This document shows positions 1 through 11,798 of a DNA stretch of 64,000 nt, in pieces. How positions within the stretch are numbered: the first letter of the stretch is position 1; each line of letters opens with the position of its first letter. Origin of the DNA: Eutreptiella sp. 'Long Island Sound 2002'. Lineage: Eukaryota > Protista > Euglenida. The DNA is taken from assembly GCA_964036045.1 (NCBI GenBank), contig OZ038378.1, positions 14,198,001 to 14,262,000 on the forward strand, in the 5' to 3' direction. The position numbers and the translations under genes are program-made. Under the pieces are notes generated by a model. The model made no database searches. It saw nothing but the letters and a program-made list of their open reading frames with translations, and was not told the DNA's origin.

Positions 1-944
1 GGTAGACATGGCGCTCTCAAATAGGGGCGCCAGCAGGACGGGGGGCAGGTGAGGTGAATCCTGCTGTCGGTCAGACCCCCCCCCTGGTGTGCATGCGGGC
101 GACCAATGCTCTGGGGACACGTGCCGCACTGAGTGCCAACTGGAAGTCACCGCCGGCGACCATGCCGGAGATGGTGAGAATTGCCCTGGCCTACTCAGCA
201 CCTGCGGAGACGGGGTGCTAGTTACGTTGAACCCCATCGGAGGGCCGGTGGGCAGGACGGCGGTGCGTGAAGTCCGCGCGCGCGCGCGCAAGCAGGTCTC
301 AAAGCGCTCTACACATGCACGTCCTGGTATGATATGCAGCAATGTTCAGCAGTTCCATGAGATCATTGGTATGATACAAATGTGCTACCATACAAATCAC
401 TGCGCCTGTTGGCCTTGTTTTGTCAACACGAGAGTGTTTATATGCTACAAGACAGAGAAAGGCACCCTAATGATATTGTCTTTCACCCGAGTCACCTTGC
501 GTGTGCTGGCACTCCTTGGCCAAGTAACCTGGACTGGGACCGTATGCTGTAGGGGAGGGTAGTGGGTGGGGATGCCACGTCAGGCACCAGGGCGGCCTAC
601 TCGCCGCTGAATGGCTTGGTTGGTTGTGAGGGGGCCGGAGGCCCAGCCACCAATGTTACATGATCAAACCATGACATTTCATTCCTAAGTTCTGAGGGCA
701 CAAGTGTAGGCTTTTGGGCCATGTACTGCAGCGGCTGTGCAGCCGGCTGCTGCCCCGAAGACGGCAGTTCGAATCCCCTTCGGCAGGCGAGCCGAAGAGG
801 AATATGAGGAGGACACGCGCCACCAGGCGGCCGGCGGTACCAGTGACGGAGGGCACTGCTGCAGGTGTGCTGTGCTTGGTGCCTTGCTTTTATTTTTGCA
901 TGATGACATACCTGACACGATCTCGACGATTGGACACAATGACA

Positions 945-1110
945 TAACAAATAAAAACTATGAGGACGAGACACGCCACCCATCCACCGGCGGTACCGAT
1001 GGTGGAGGGGGATGTTGAAGGGGGCGGTGGTGGGGACCTCGCCGACGGGCCCCTGGACGGACAGACGAACCGGGGATCGAACCCCCGACCACTAGACCGT
1101 CCATGCCTCT
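945..1110 (-). mobile_element. tRNA-headed SINE-like element, copy 1 (anticodon arm deleted); a partial tandem duplicate of its 3' body lies at about 797-860
   Basis: The minus strand reads GGCATGGACGGTCTAGTGGT (A-box-like), then GGTTCGATCCCC (B-box/T-loop). The following body is homologous to 31895-32080 (GGGCCCGTCGGCG...CTTCAA...CTCCACCATCGGTACC). Confidence 0.6.
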
Positions 1111-1179
1111 TACACATCTAGGCGCAAATGCGGTTCATACCCTGACAAGACGACGCCCTTAGGGGTGGGGTAGCACTCT

Positions 1180-1642
1180 CTAATCCAAGTCTGTTACCGG
1201 TGTGTGGCAGCCGGAGGAAAAGGAGATCCTTGGGCTGTTCAGGCAGGACTGGGTGCTCACATCCGTGCTGGGCGTGTTAAGCCTTCTGCGTTGCCGTGGC
1301 CGGACCGGGGTTTCCAATTCCACAAGTCCTAGGTTTTCCCATGTATTTTGTGGGTCATCCATGATGTCAGAGTCATGCAAGCTTGCAGTTGATGCAGTGT
1401 CAAAAGAATTCGTGCTGAGAGTGCTATTTGAGTCACAGCAACTGAGAGTTACGGTCGAACCTTTGGTCGAACCACCGTCCGAACCAACCTGCCCTGCAGA
1501 AGAAGGTGTGTTTGAATTCAGACTGACAGTACGAGATGATAATTGTTCCTCTGAGCTGGCCAGTGAGCGTCTGGACTCCGAAAAATTGAGTCTCCGGGAG
1601 ATCCCTACCATCTCAGTGTCCCTAGGCTCATGCGCGTTATTT
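1180..1642 (-). CDS. possible Ser/Thr-rich terminal exon of an unidentified gene
   Basis: An open frame of about 154 codons follows a pyrimidine-rich ...ccctatgcAG acceptor at 1644-1643. No recognisable domain, and upstream exons were not identified. Confidence 0.3.
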
Positions 1643-4600
1643 CTGCATAGGGAAGGGGTGTCACCTGAGGGGGTGATGACATCGTGAAGTTCAAGTGAGC
1701 GAGGGACCGCTGGGCCCTCGGGGTGGGGGTGGAGGGAAGCTCTAAGCAGACTACAGGCCTATCCGGCAATGACAAAACCCCCAGGGGGGGCGGGGTCATG
1801 AAGTGACGGTCCCCCCCATGGAGGGGGGGGGGGGGTTGTGCCAAACAATTGTAGCATTAAAACTACAGCAGTTCCAATACAACCTAAAGAAAATTTTACT
1901 TCGCGCCTTTGGTGCCTGATATTTCCCATGCTTTTTTGTGAAAGTGACAGTCCCCCCTATGGGGGGGGGATTGCAAGCGAAGGGGATTACATTTTGGGGG
2001 GGGGGGTCCCGGGACAGGGCAGCGCTCCGTGTGCCCCGGGTCCCCTCCAACTGCCTGAGGCACTTTGCCGTGAGCGTGAGGGCCCAGTCAACCGGCAGCA
2101 CCACCCTTACCAAGCGGCAGTCAAGGAGTGCGGGCCCCACCCAGTCGAGCGTCGTGCCACAGCCATCCCCATGCCCACGGCAGTTGTGGGGTGGCTTTGC
2201 AGTGTGCCCCTGTGGCCTGGAGGTGGTGTGTCTGGGCCCCTGTCTCCCCCAATTGGCTCAGCGTAAGGCTCCCCTGCCTCCCCCCACTGGGGCCTGGAGC
2301 ACCGGGCAAACACACCACCCCCCTACCTGCCCTGGGGCAAACAGGTGCGCCTGCATGTCTCTGCCCCTCCCCCACCCACAGCCGCCTACACACACCACAC
2401 ACACAGGCACAGCAGTGTCTCCCTCCTACGAGTGCCACAGTGGGTTTTGGGGGGGCTGTCAGCAGTCTGGCGGGCCTTGTGGCCAGACAGCCGGGATTTG
2501 CCTGGCCCGGAGTTGCGCAGGTTCAGGAGCACTGACTGTGGGCCTGAGCGACCAGGGGAGGCCTTGACCCAACCCCACCCAAACCTCACCCCTGCTCAAG
2601 ATGCTGCCATACACCCTGTGGCGTAGACAGGGATGTGGTGTATGGCAGGGAATATGTAAGTACCTCAAATGTTGGGCCCTGCCCCACAAGCGCTGCACCA
2701 CACTGAGACGGCAGGGAGGGAACTGGGTCCCCAAACAGAGTCCATGGGCGCCAGATAGGTAGAAACAGGTCCGCTAGATGACAGCAGAAGCAGTGCGACT
2801 CAGCAAACCGACAAAAAATTCAAAGAATTGCGTCATCCTTCATCACGAGTCCGAATCAGGAGAGAAATACATTTGGTTGCAAATCCATACGGTTCTTACA
2901 CCCCCTGTGTTTTGAACACGGTGGAGCTTGGCCATAAGAACAGCGTGGAATGGAGGGAGTGTACCGTAGGGAGTGGAAGCACCTCACCAAGAATCAGTCA
3001 CTTGCACAGGCATTGTCCGCACGGTGCCATCAGGCACCACAACACATGTCAGCAAGGCGCCTACACAAATTCCTGTCATTAGGGCACCTTTAGGCACCGT
3101 TTCGGCTTACCCTTGTCCCTTGACTACCCTACCCTTCCTGTGTCTTGGCCATAAGAACGACGATGGTTGTCACCCTGTGGACTCACCTCGGGGATCCGGG
3201 ATTGGGGAGCCCTCAGTATATTGTCAGGAACGCGGCACGGCGAAATCTCTCCGCGTTTTGGACAAACAGGGGAGGTAGGTGGACAATGGGTGCACCGTGC
3301 AACAAGCCCTTGCCCTTCCATCTGTGGTGCCACAGCCCGCTCCCCCCTGGATATGGCTCTTGGTGAAGTCCCATTCAGAGAGAGAAATGTGTCTGGGACA
3401 CAGACAAAAGCTGACAAACCACGACACAAAAAATTTCAACACCCGGAGGCAATCACCGAGGTCAACTGACACGCAAACTGCAATAAATTTCCTCAGGACT
3501 GCATGGGGGGCACAAAGATGAGCAAAGCAAAAACGCTTCAGTGACTGGTCATGGCTGGAAAAACAGTACAGAGACTGGCATGCCATGTCATGTCGGCAGT
3601 GGCGCATTGACTGCTGCAGCAGTACAGTGCTTTTTTCCTTTTGATATTCTGGACAAAGAGCAGTGTCACTGAGTGAGACTGCTCAGTTGCAAACCAGCTA
3701 TGGTTCTTCTGGGCTGAGGGACCTCTGCCATTTCATTGACCCCGTCCCACCCTTCTGCAGAAGCACAGCCTGTTACAGACAGCCATGCAACGAGAGACAC
3801 AGGCAAATGCTCAGTGGAGAGTTTAGGCCGCATCACACCACTGGCTAACGTGGGATGCAGTCCCAAGCAGAATATTGTTTTGAGCAGGAACAACTCTCCA
3901 CCGGCATGACCCGGCCCCTCTTTCCTACCACAAATAGCTCACAGACGTGTTATTTCGCATTCTTGACCACAAAACCTGGGTCAGAAAAATACCAGTCACA
4001 CGGGACAAGTAGCTGCCAGCGGAAGGTCGGGCGGGAGGAGGCTACCTTGAGCTTCTGGCAGTCTACTTAGTCATGCATCCGTGTGCAAAATCTGAAGCAC
4101 TGTCTCCTGCCTTCACTCTTCTCAACCCCAGCCCCAGTCCCCTGACTAAACCTCTGCCTCTTTCATGGATTGGCAAATTGCAAGCTGGTCGCCAAGCGTT
4201 ACAACCAGTGTTCCTGCTAGACGCATCGATTGCAAGTCTGCATGACGGTCAGTGATAAGAGGTAACGAACTTTTGTAACAATGAAACCTGCATCCATGCT
4301 GACAGAAGCTTCCCCAACTGATCTTCAACGTGAGGGCGTTCATTTGGGCAGCAGCAAAATCTCACAAAAAATCACCAAAGTTTCTCGACCAAAGAGCGAT
4401 GGAGGAAGGTTCAGGGTAGGAGTGAGCAAGCCTGTCGCCGGAAAATAGTGCGACCACAGCTGAGTATCGTACCATGCACCAAGAAATGCTACAATCATGA
4501 AGGGGGCACAAACACAACAAATAGGTACAATACAGTGAGAGGGCAGCCACAAATGATGCCCTTGGCATTTTCCAAAGGCTACGATTTTGACAAAGCGCAT

Positions 4601-5178
4601 GCAACGGGGTGTCCGTCTTTAGACAAGCCCGTTCTTAAGCAAGAGGACCAGAGACGTACCAGCTTGCACTCGAATCGCTGGCGCTGGGGGTTCGTCCCAG
4701 GGATTAGCAGACACTGGTCCTCATGGGGACGTGCAGAGACACGGACATACGTGGGCACTAGCGCCTGCGCATGGAGTGAACAGCATGGCAAAGGCTATCA
4801 AACCTCTATCTGGGCGAATCTGAGGCCTGTGCCTGAGGACCAGTCACCGACACGCAAGCACACGACGAGCAGCGTGCCCAAAAATATCGGTGTTAACCAC
4901 AGGCTCGAACGCACCAGACCGCCTTCAAGCAGCGTTCGGCACCTGGCGAGTACTTGTGGCCAATATGTGTCGCCAATATAAAGCTCGCCATTCGTCTGGT
5001 GTGTGGCATATGGGGGGGGGGGGGGGGGCAGTGGGCGTGAACGAGGAGAGGAGATCCTCTGCTCGTTCAGAGGATCACCTGCGTACCTGAGGGGACATCG
5101 TACCGCCCCAAATTTGAACGGGACCTCCAACGGGTCGTTGAGTGATGGGGGCAGTGTGTTGCCCGCGCTATGGACACA

Positions 5179-5605
5179 GCAGACCTTATAACCCCCCCCC
5201 CCCGATATTTAGTCCCCCCCTGGACCTATTGAGCAATCTGCTGAAATTAGTCCCCCCCCTTGAGCCTCCCAAGCAAACGGACATGAAGAAATCGACGGTA
5301 CACTTTTCACAGCTGCAAGCGTCACTTATAGTGAGGCAGAGAGTGGAGATTGACAACCTCCCCTCCCAAGTCAGTAAGTCCTGTGTCTACCGCCTGCAAA
5401 TCGAAATCAGATTCAGAATCTGAATGTTCCATGCAGCCAACAGAAAGGAAAACTGCACACACGGGAAGATCACAGGCGACACTCACCCGCCCGAAATTAG
5501 TCCCCCCCCCAAAAATTAGCCCCCCCCCCCGGCCTTATTGAGCATTCCACTGAAATTAGTCCCCCGGGGGACTAATTATGGGGGGGGGGGGGTTATTCCA
5601 GGTGC
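5179..5605. mobile_element. MITE-like non-autonomous element
   Basis: Imperfect inverted termini (gcagaccttataacccccc / ggggggttattccaggtgc) enclose about 5 copies of an AAATTAGTCCCCCC-type subrepeat, the last paired with its inverse (GGGGGACTAATT). Confidence 0.5.
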
Positions 5606-7376
5606 AGCACACCTGGTATATATACAAGCACATAATCAGATCAAGCTAAATCGTCCAGGCTGACCAAGCGCACCATGCACCACTCTGGGCTGCCAAAAAT
5701 ATGTTGAAAGCTGCAGTGTTGTGCAACTGGCCTAATAATCCTTTTCGCCACAGGTTCCCAGCTGAATGGGGAGCTCTTGTTTTGAGACGAGATGCAATCC
5801 CAAGCGCAATGTTGTTGCATGCTGCAACAAGGCTATGTGCCCACCCACTCAACAGTTAGATTTGAGGAAGGAGTCATGCAACATGGACAGCCCTTTTGGC
5901 GGTGGGAACCTTTTCGCCAACAGCGACAATCTGCAGGTGTGCCTCCCCTTGCCAAGCAAGTGGACGGTTGCAGATTTCCGACCCTGCATCCTCCCAGCAA
6001 CATCAATCTGTCACATGTTTCACAACTTGGGCTGATCAGGTTTGGTCCAGGCTTCGACTGTAAGGAGTCCCGGAGCTTGTGACCCACCCACCCACCCAAG
6101 ATGTAACCCACCCAAACCACCCCCCCCTTGTTGGAGCCATTTCAGGAGGGGGCTTGCGAAAAACTTTGTTGAATGCAAAACTTCCAGCACTTTCCCGGGC
6201 TTGGCATTCTGGCCCCACCGTTGCATTGCATGGTGATGCTGCCCCATACGTGCCAAAAATTGTATGGCCTTGCCTGTTGCCTTGCTTTTTCGCTGCACTG
6301 TTGCTGCCCTTGGGGAATTTATTTAAGATGGGCCCCAGCCTTTTTTTTTTCTTTTTTGAGTTTTGTTTTGGGCTTCGGTCGCCGAAGTTCCTTCCTCCCT
6401 CCCCTTTGCTTACCTCCTACAATACCTTACTTCTTAATTTTGCTGCTGTTGCTGCTGTTGTTGCTGACCTGGCCACTACTGCCTCCTTGTACCTTGGCCT
6501 CATTTGAAACCACCTGAAACTGCAGAGGCTGCATTGACGTCTTGCATTACAACCAACTTCTGTGCCTCCCATCCTGCTCATGCTCCCGCTTGGCTGCGTC
6601 ACAACCACTGATCACTGCCCCACAGCCACAAAACTATTTTTTGCGTCGTGCCTGCATACATGCACAGGGAACGAAGTACTCAACTAGGGCGGCATCTGTG
6701 TTTGAGAATAAATGGCAGACAGAACCCTGCAAGCATGGTGACCCAAAACCCCCCAAAGATATCAGCAGCAGGGAGGGGTCTGGAGCCTGACACCCACCCA
6801 CCCAGCCTAACACCCACCCACTCAGACCCTCCCCCTCCCCTGTTGCGAAATAGTTCTTGTAGTTGAAGCCTGGTTTGGTCTTCTGGGCAGCAGTTGTCAC
6901 ATTACTTTAGTTGGTCCCTGGTACTGACAAGGTTGCTGTCTTCTTTGCAAAAACGGTGCTGCACACAACAGAGACCCTGTCGGTCTTTCCAGATGACTGG
7001 GCCTGTTGAGTTGCCTCAAGGTTGAAGTCAATGCCCCTTGCGGCCACAAGCAGAACAGTTTGCCATGAGAATTGTCTGTTGTCTGTTTACAGAAATGGAA
7101 CACAGTTGCACATAGGCATTTCTCATCACAACACAGGCACCTTCATTAAATGGTATTTTTTGCCGCTACTGCCAGAAATCAACTGATTTGGGCTAACGTG
7201 TCAGGCTGATTCGGGCAAACCGCGTCCCCAAAACGGGGGCTGTTATTTATGCTTTTGGGAGAGTGGTCTTCTCTGCCAGATGCTGCCCAAAGCGAAGCAA
7301 ATCTGTGTCGGATGCCGCCGCATGCGCTTGCCTGTGCCTGCCGCAGGCTGCCTCTATGTCAAGTAGTTGGATTAAG

Positions 7377-8738
7377 TTAAGACGCTGTGGACTGGACACA
7401 TTTTGCGTGTGCAGGTTGTCCCTGATGGACTACAAAGGACCCGGAGATCTGTTGTTGGCAGATGCAGCACGTGAAACACTGCGGATGCCATTTTCCGCCC
7501 AACGCCGCAAGGTATGCACCGCTGATGTGTTGCTTGCACTTCATGCAGTCCGGCTCCTCCTTCGCGGCGCAGGCCAGACACAGCGGCAGCCCCTTCCGCA
7601 CCGCAAACTTGCCCTTGATGGGCGCCGCGCACACGCAGCACACCCAGCACCGCTGGTGCCACTTCTTACCAAGTGCCGTCACACAGGCCTGCCCCAGCGC
7701 AATCCCACATTTCCCACACACCCCGTACTCTTGTGCAAACTGCGGCAGCAGAAACCGGTATGCAACTCCCTGTGCCGGGGCAGAGGGCCCGACCGGGACC
7801 TCTGCCGGGGCACAGACCTCCAGAACAAAAGGGGCTGGGAGGAGGTCCGCGGCTGTGCTGGGCCAGACCTGCACCAGCACAACGTACGCCCCCGGCTCAA
7901 GCTTCAGTTTCTCGCAGGACATGGCAGGCCCCAGATCAAACACTGCGGAGCTGCCCCCAACGGGCTCCCCGTTGCCCTTCTTCAGCACACAGAAGCGCAT
8001 GGCGATGGCCCGCAGCCGCGGCTGATGAAGGGTCACGGTCGCGGCAGTGGCCTCCGGCAGCGTGAACCCAAACAGCGCTGGGCTGTCAAGCTGCGCCACG
8101 CCGCAGCAATGCGTCTGGACCCACCCCCGCCGCAACGCGAGGAACTGCACGTTGCCGAAGTACGTCGTGAAGTCCGGCAGCGCCATCCAGAACATGCCGC
8201 CGCCGGCGTCGCTGCCGGAAACCGCCTGCCTGAGCTCCGGGGTCCAGCCGGGCCAGGCATCGCTCCAGGCCCCTGTCCACGCCACCGAGCCCCAGGGGTT
8301 GCGGACGTGCAGCAGCTGGTGCCCCCCCACCTCTCGCACGTCCAGCACCGCGTACGCGTGCCCCTCCACAATCCCCACCGTGTGCTCGTAGTCCGTCCCC
8401 CGCACCTCCGGCACCGTCGCACAGAACAGAAAGCCTTCAGAGTGCCGCCGCAGCAGCTCTACCCACAGCCCGGCGGGGTTGGGGGTGCCCTTCGCCCGCA
8501 GCGTGTAGTACGGGAAACCCGTCAGGTCCGTTAGGGCGTCCCCCGGGTCACCTCCGTTGAGGTCGCTGTACCGGCCACATGCCTTGGCGTATGCTTTCTC
8601 AAGGATCATGACCCACAGCTCCTCACCCTTGGCGCGTGCGAAGCACGGTCCACCGGTGACGCTCCACACTGGGAACAGCGTGTCCACCACCACCTCCGTG
8701 GGCACCCCCTCCACCATCAACCTCACTGCAGCGTACCC
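7377..8738 (-). CDS. calpain-family cysteine protease with two C-terminal LIM domains, 3' exon
   Basis: CAG acceptor at 8741-8739 opens GYAAVRLMVEG. Motifs: LWVMILEKAYAK, catalytic His (GHAY, 8363-8352), catalytic Asn (RNPWG, 8303-8292), a domain III-like segment and two LIM zinc-finger motifs at about 7720-7385. Stop is TAA. Confidence 0.9.
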   Translation of the reverse strand, partial: GYAAVRLMVEGVPTEVVVDTLFPVWSVTGGPCFARAKGEELWVMILEKAYAKACGRYSDLNGGDPGDALTDLTGFPYYTLRAKGTPNPAGLWVELLRRHSEGFLFCATVPEVRGTDYEHTVGIVEGHAYAVLDVREVGGHQLLHVRNPWGSVAWTGAWSDAWPGWTPELRQAVSGSDAGGGMFWMALPDFTTYFGNVQFLALRRGWVQTHCCGVAQLDSPALFGFTLPEATAATVTLHQPRLRAIAMRFCVLKKGNGEPVGGSSAVFDLGPAMSCEKLKLEPGAYVVLVQVWPSTAADLLPAPFVLEVCAPAEVPVGPSAPAQGVAYRFLLPQFAQEYGVCGKCGIALGQACVTALGKKWHQRCWVCCVCAAPIKGKFAVRKGLPLCLACAAKEEPDCMKCKQHISGAYLAALGGKWHPQCFTCCICQQQISGSFVVHQGQPAHAKCVQSTAS

Positions 8739-10632
8739 CTGCAGTGAGCACATGGTGTGGGCTGGGTGCATGACACAAGGAGGGCGTGGGGACATGACTT
8801 TGGCAGCGGGTACATGTAGGAAGGGCAGTGAGCCTATGGGGGGGTCCTTGCACTGTGTGCGCACTGTGCGCTATTTTTGGACTAAATTCCCCCCAGAAGA
8901 GCCCCACACACACCCTTCCAAAACGCCATCAAAATTAGGTCACCTGAGCTAGCTAGACACAGTTGCAAACTACCTTCCCTTCCCACAAGGCATCATGTAG
9001 AATGGAACGGGAAATGGACAGCGATGGATGGACAACAAAGCGCACATACATCCCCATCACCCACAACATCCTCATCATCATTGTCTTCCAGTGTACATGT
9101 GGCCCATACATGTGTAGGTACGTGTTCCATGGACCATATGCAGGATACTGTACTTGTCTTCAAATCAAAAATTGCTTCAAATGCAAGAGTACACGCACAC
9201 ACTCGTGTGTGGATTGTGTGGATTGTGTGGATTGATGAGTCCATATCCCCAACTCAAATGGCCACAAAAAATTGTGCATTCATGAGTCCATATCCCCGAC
9301 TCAAGGGGCCACAGAAATTTTGTGGGTTTGGAGTCCATATCCCCAACTCAAGGGGGCGCTCAATTTGTGGATTGTTTGGTGAAAGAGGGGGGCAAAAACG
9401 GTCACAGGTGGGGAATGGACCTGTGCATCACCACCTAACAATGGAACCAAATCAGTCCAACATTGCAAGCAGGACTAAGCCTCCTCGCCGTTAGGCTCTA
9501 CCTTTCCCTTCACAACCAAAAATCAACCTAGACAAGAGAACATGCGGAGAAACAAGGGGAAAATGTGTTTAACTTGGTTGTCCCTCCTTTGGGCCCACAC
9601 ACTGTGCATCATTCCCAGCACACATTCTCACCCACTCCTGCATGCAGCTTCACGTGACACACTACAACACAAGTTGTCAACTTCTAGCAAAACAATGAAG
9701 TGCCGTGTGACCATGTGCCGGTCACCAGCGTCTCTGGACTCAAACACGATGACACACAACAACAAATACTAAGAGTCAGATAGCAGGTGCCCTCCTCCCA
9801 ACCCCCCTGCCCAATTTAAACTCAAGTTTACCCCGGGTAAACTTTAGTTTAAAAAAAAAGGTGAAAACGGGTGAAATTGGGTGAAAACCCAAATATGCCA
9901 TATCCACGCTGCACAAGAAATATCAAAAACCTGAAACAACAATGATGCCCCTAGCAACACAAAGTCTGGGTTTGTAGTATGGCCAGACGCCCAAATAGTT
10001 GCATTGTGTGCACACTACGCTAGCCACGGGGGGGGGCGTAGCAACGGGCCATACGCCGACTCCCCCCCACTCTCGGACCACTTTCAGGGCGGGGGGGGGG
10101 AGGGGGGGGGGGGGCTGGGTCTGGGGGGGGGGGAAAGGGGGGCTGCCAAGAAAGGGGGGGGGGAGGCTTCATACCCTGACAAATATGGCATAAGATGACC
10201 GCCGCATCACGCTAATCACTTCGAAGCATGTATGTTGGAGAAAATTTTTTGAAACAAGGGGGGGGGGGGGATGGTAGGTGGTACTTTTGTTTAAGGGCAT
10301 AGCACCCCCGAGTCAATTCCCGGCCACTATTGCTAGTGGCGCCCCACCCAGGCCGAACCATGCTTGTTTTCACAGAGTTGATGTATGTTCCGAAACCCGT
10401 TGGAGGAGCAAAGGGGGGGAGGGGAGGGGCCTGTTTGCACCGCGCGCACTACGTCTTTCCCAAAAAAAAAAAAGCTCTCTCCGCGCACTACGTGCCCACA
10501 ACGAGCGCACGTACATCAGTGGCACATCGTGTGCAGGAACGCGTCGCGTGCCCTTCGTGGGGTGCTCCTCCTCGGGGTCCCAAAACATGGGTGATGGAAG
10601 TGGTGGAGAGGACGGAGGTGAAGAAAGGAGGC

Positions 10633-11310
10633 CTAAGAGCGCTTGTCCAAGGGACGATCAAAGTAGTCCTCATCATCGCTCGACTCATCGCTTGTCGGAC
10701 GCGCTCTTTTCCTTCCGGCCTCGAGAAGAGCGTCTAGCCGCTTCTTGTCTCTTGCTCGCTTGCCGGTGGACTTCAACGGACGCGTCCGACAATCCCCCTC
10801 CGTAGTGGCCTCCGATTCAGAGGGTGGCATGGATGAAGTATGAGATGTTGTTGGTGGCATCGGGGGAGTTGTGGAGGAGGAGGAGGAGGAGGAGGAGGAG
10901 GAGGAGGAGGAGGAGGAGGAGGAGGAGGAGGAGGAGGAGGAGGAGGAGTTGGTAGAGGTGTTGGTAAAAGGGGTGATGGAAGGAGTAGGCATATCACCGG
11001 CCACTTTTTGCTTCTTCTTGCCGCTCTTCAGGGCATCAACGCTCCATCCGCGGACGGATGCTTCCTCCTCCTCGGTGACCCGAAGGCCATGTGGAATGGG
11101 ATCATTGGGATGGACGGCAGCAAAATGGGCACCCATGCTGTACAACCAAACCGTGGTTGTGCACTGGGGGCAATTCACCGGTCGGTTGGTGCAAGGGTTG
11201 GCCTTGGTTGCCGTTGACATTCGGCTCCAACAGATTGCCGATGGCTGCGATGGGCAAGAGCTGACCGCCACCACCATCCGCTTACGCGTAGAGCGCGTTT
11301 GCAATGGCAA
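10633..11310 (-). pseudogene. transposon-associated ORF remnant with a PCTNxPxxCxxC...WxY...H...HP zinc-finger-like motif, lying inside the calpain intron
   Basis: The translated motif PCTNRPVNCPQCTTTVWLYSMGAHFAAVHP is followed by a poly-Ser tract from a microsatellite and a basic/acidic tail. It is flanked by repeat arrays. Confidence 0.4.
10873..10948. repeat. (GGA)n microsatellite, about 25 units
   Basis: Directly visible perfect trinucleotide run. Confidence 0.95.
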
Positions 11311-11356
11311 GCGGATTGTGCACTCATCCCGTGATCCACAAAAACCACAAATGTTG

Positions 11357-11650
11357 CTACATCACCCCTGCATTCTCGGGGGTCCCCAACGCCAAGGGCG
11401 GGGACAAAATCAGAAGTGGCTACCTCACCCCTGCCGTCTCGGGGGTCCCCAACAAAGGGGACAAGATCAAAGTGGGCCCAAAAGAGGGCGGAGATGCTAC
11501 ATCACCCCTGCATTCTCGGGGGTCCCCAGACAAATGGGGACAAAATCAGAAATGGCCGCCTAAACCCTGCCTTCTGGGGGACCCATAAGTGGGCGGAAAT
11601 GCTACCTCAACCCTGCTTTCTCCGGGATACCCATCAAAGGGGACTAAAAC
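11357..11650 (+). repeat. degenerate tandem array of about 45-75 bp units (about 5 copies)
   Basis: Recurring core CACCCCTGCATTCTCGGGGGTCCCCA...GGGGACAAAATCAGAAGTGG. Confidence 0.8.
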
Positions 11651-11729
11651 AAAGCACCAAAAAAACAAAAAAAACAAAAACAAAAATTTTCCAATGGTGT
11701 CCTTGACCCTACCTGTGGTCCAGTAGTTT

Positions 11730-11798
11730 GCCCCTACTGGGGTTTGAACCTAGGACCTCCAGTTGCAGAGGCACTACTTTACCACTAGGGTATGGCCC
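11730..11798 (-). pseudogene. tRNA-Cys(GCA)-like pseudogene or SINE head
   Basis: The minus strand reads GGGCCATACCCTAGTGGTAAAG...CTGCAAC...GAGGTCCTAGGTTCAAACCCCAG, with an A-box-like motif, a CT-GCA anticodon loop and a GGTTCAAA T-loop. Acceptor and anticodon stems pair poorly. Confidence 0.55.

Noticed and set aside
7263-8534. Long plus-strand ORF (423 aa), and similar ORFs at 19889-20758, 20777-21466 and 39447-40595
   Set aside because: These are antisense shadows of GC3-rich real coding sequence (calpain, CBS, gag/pol) and have no motifs of their own.
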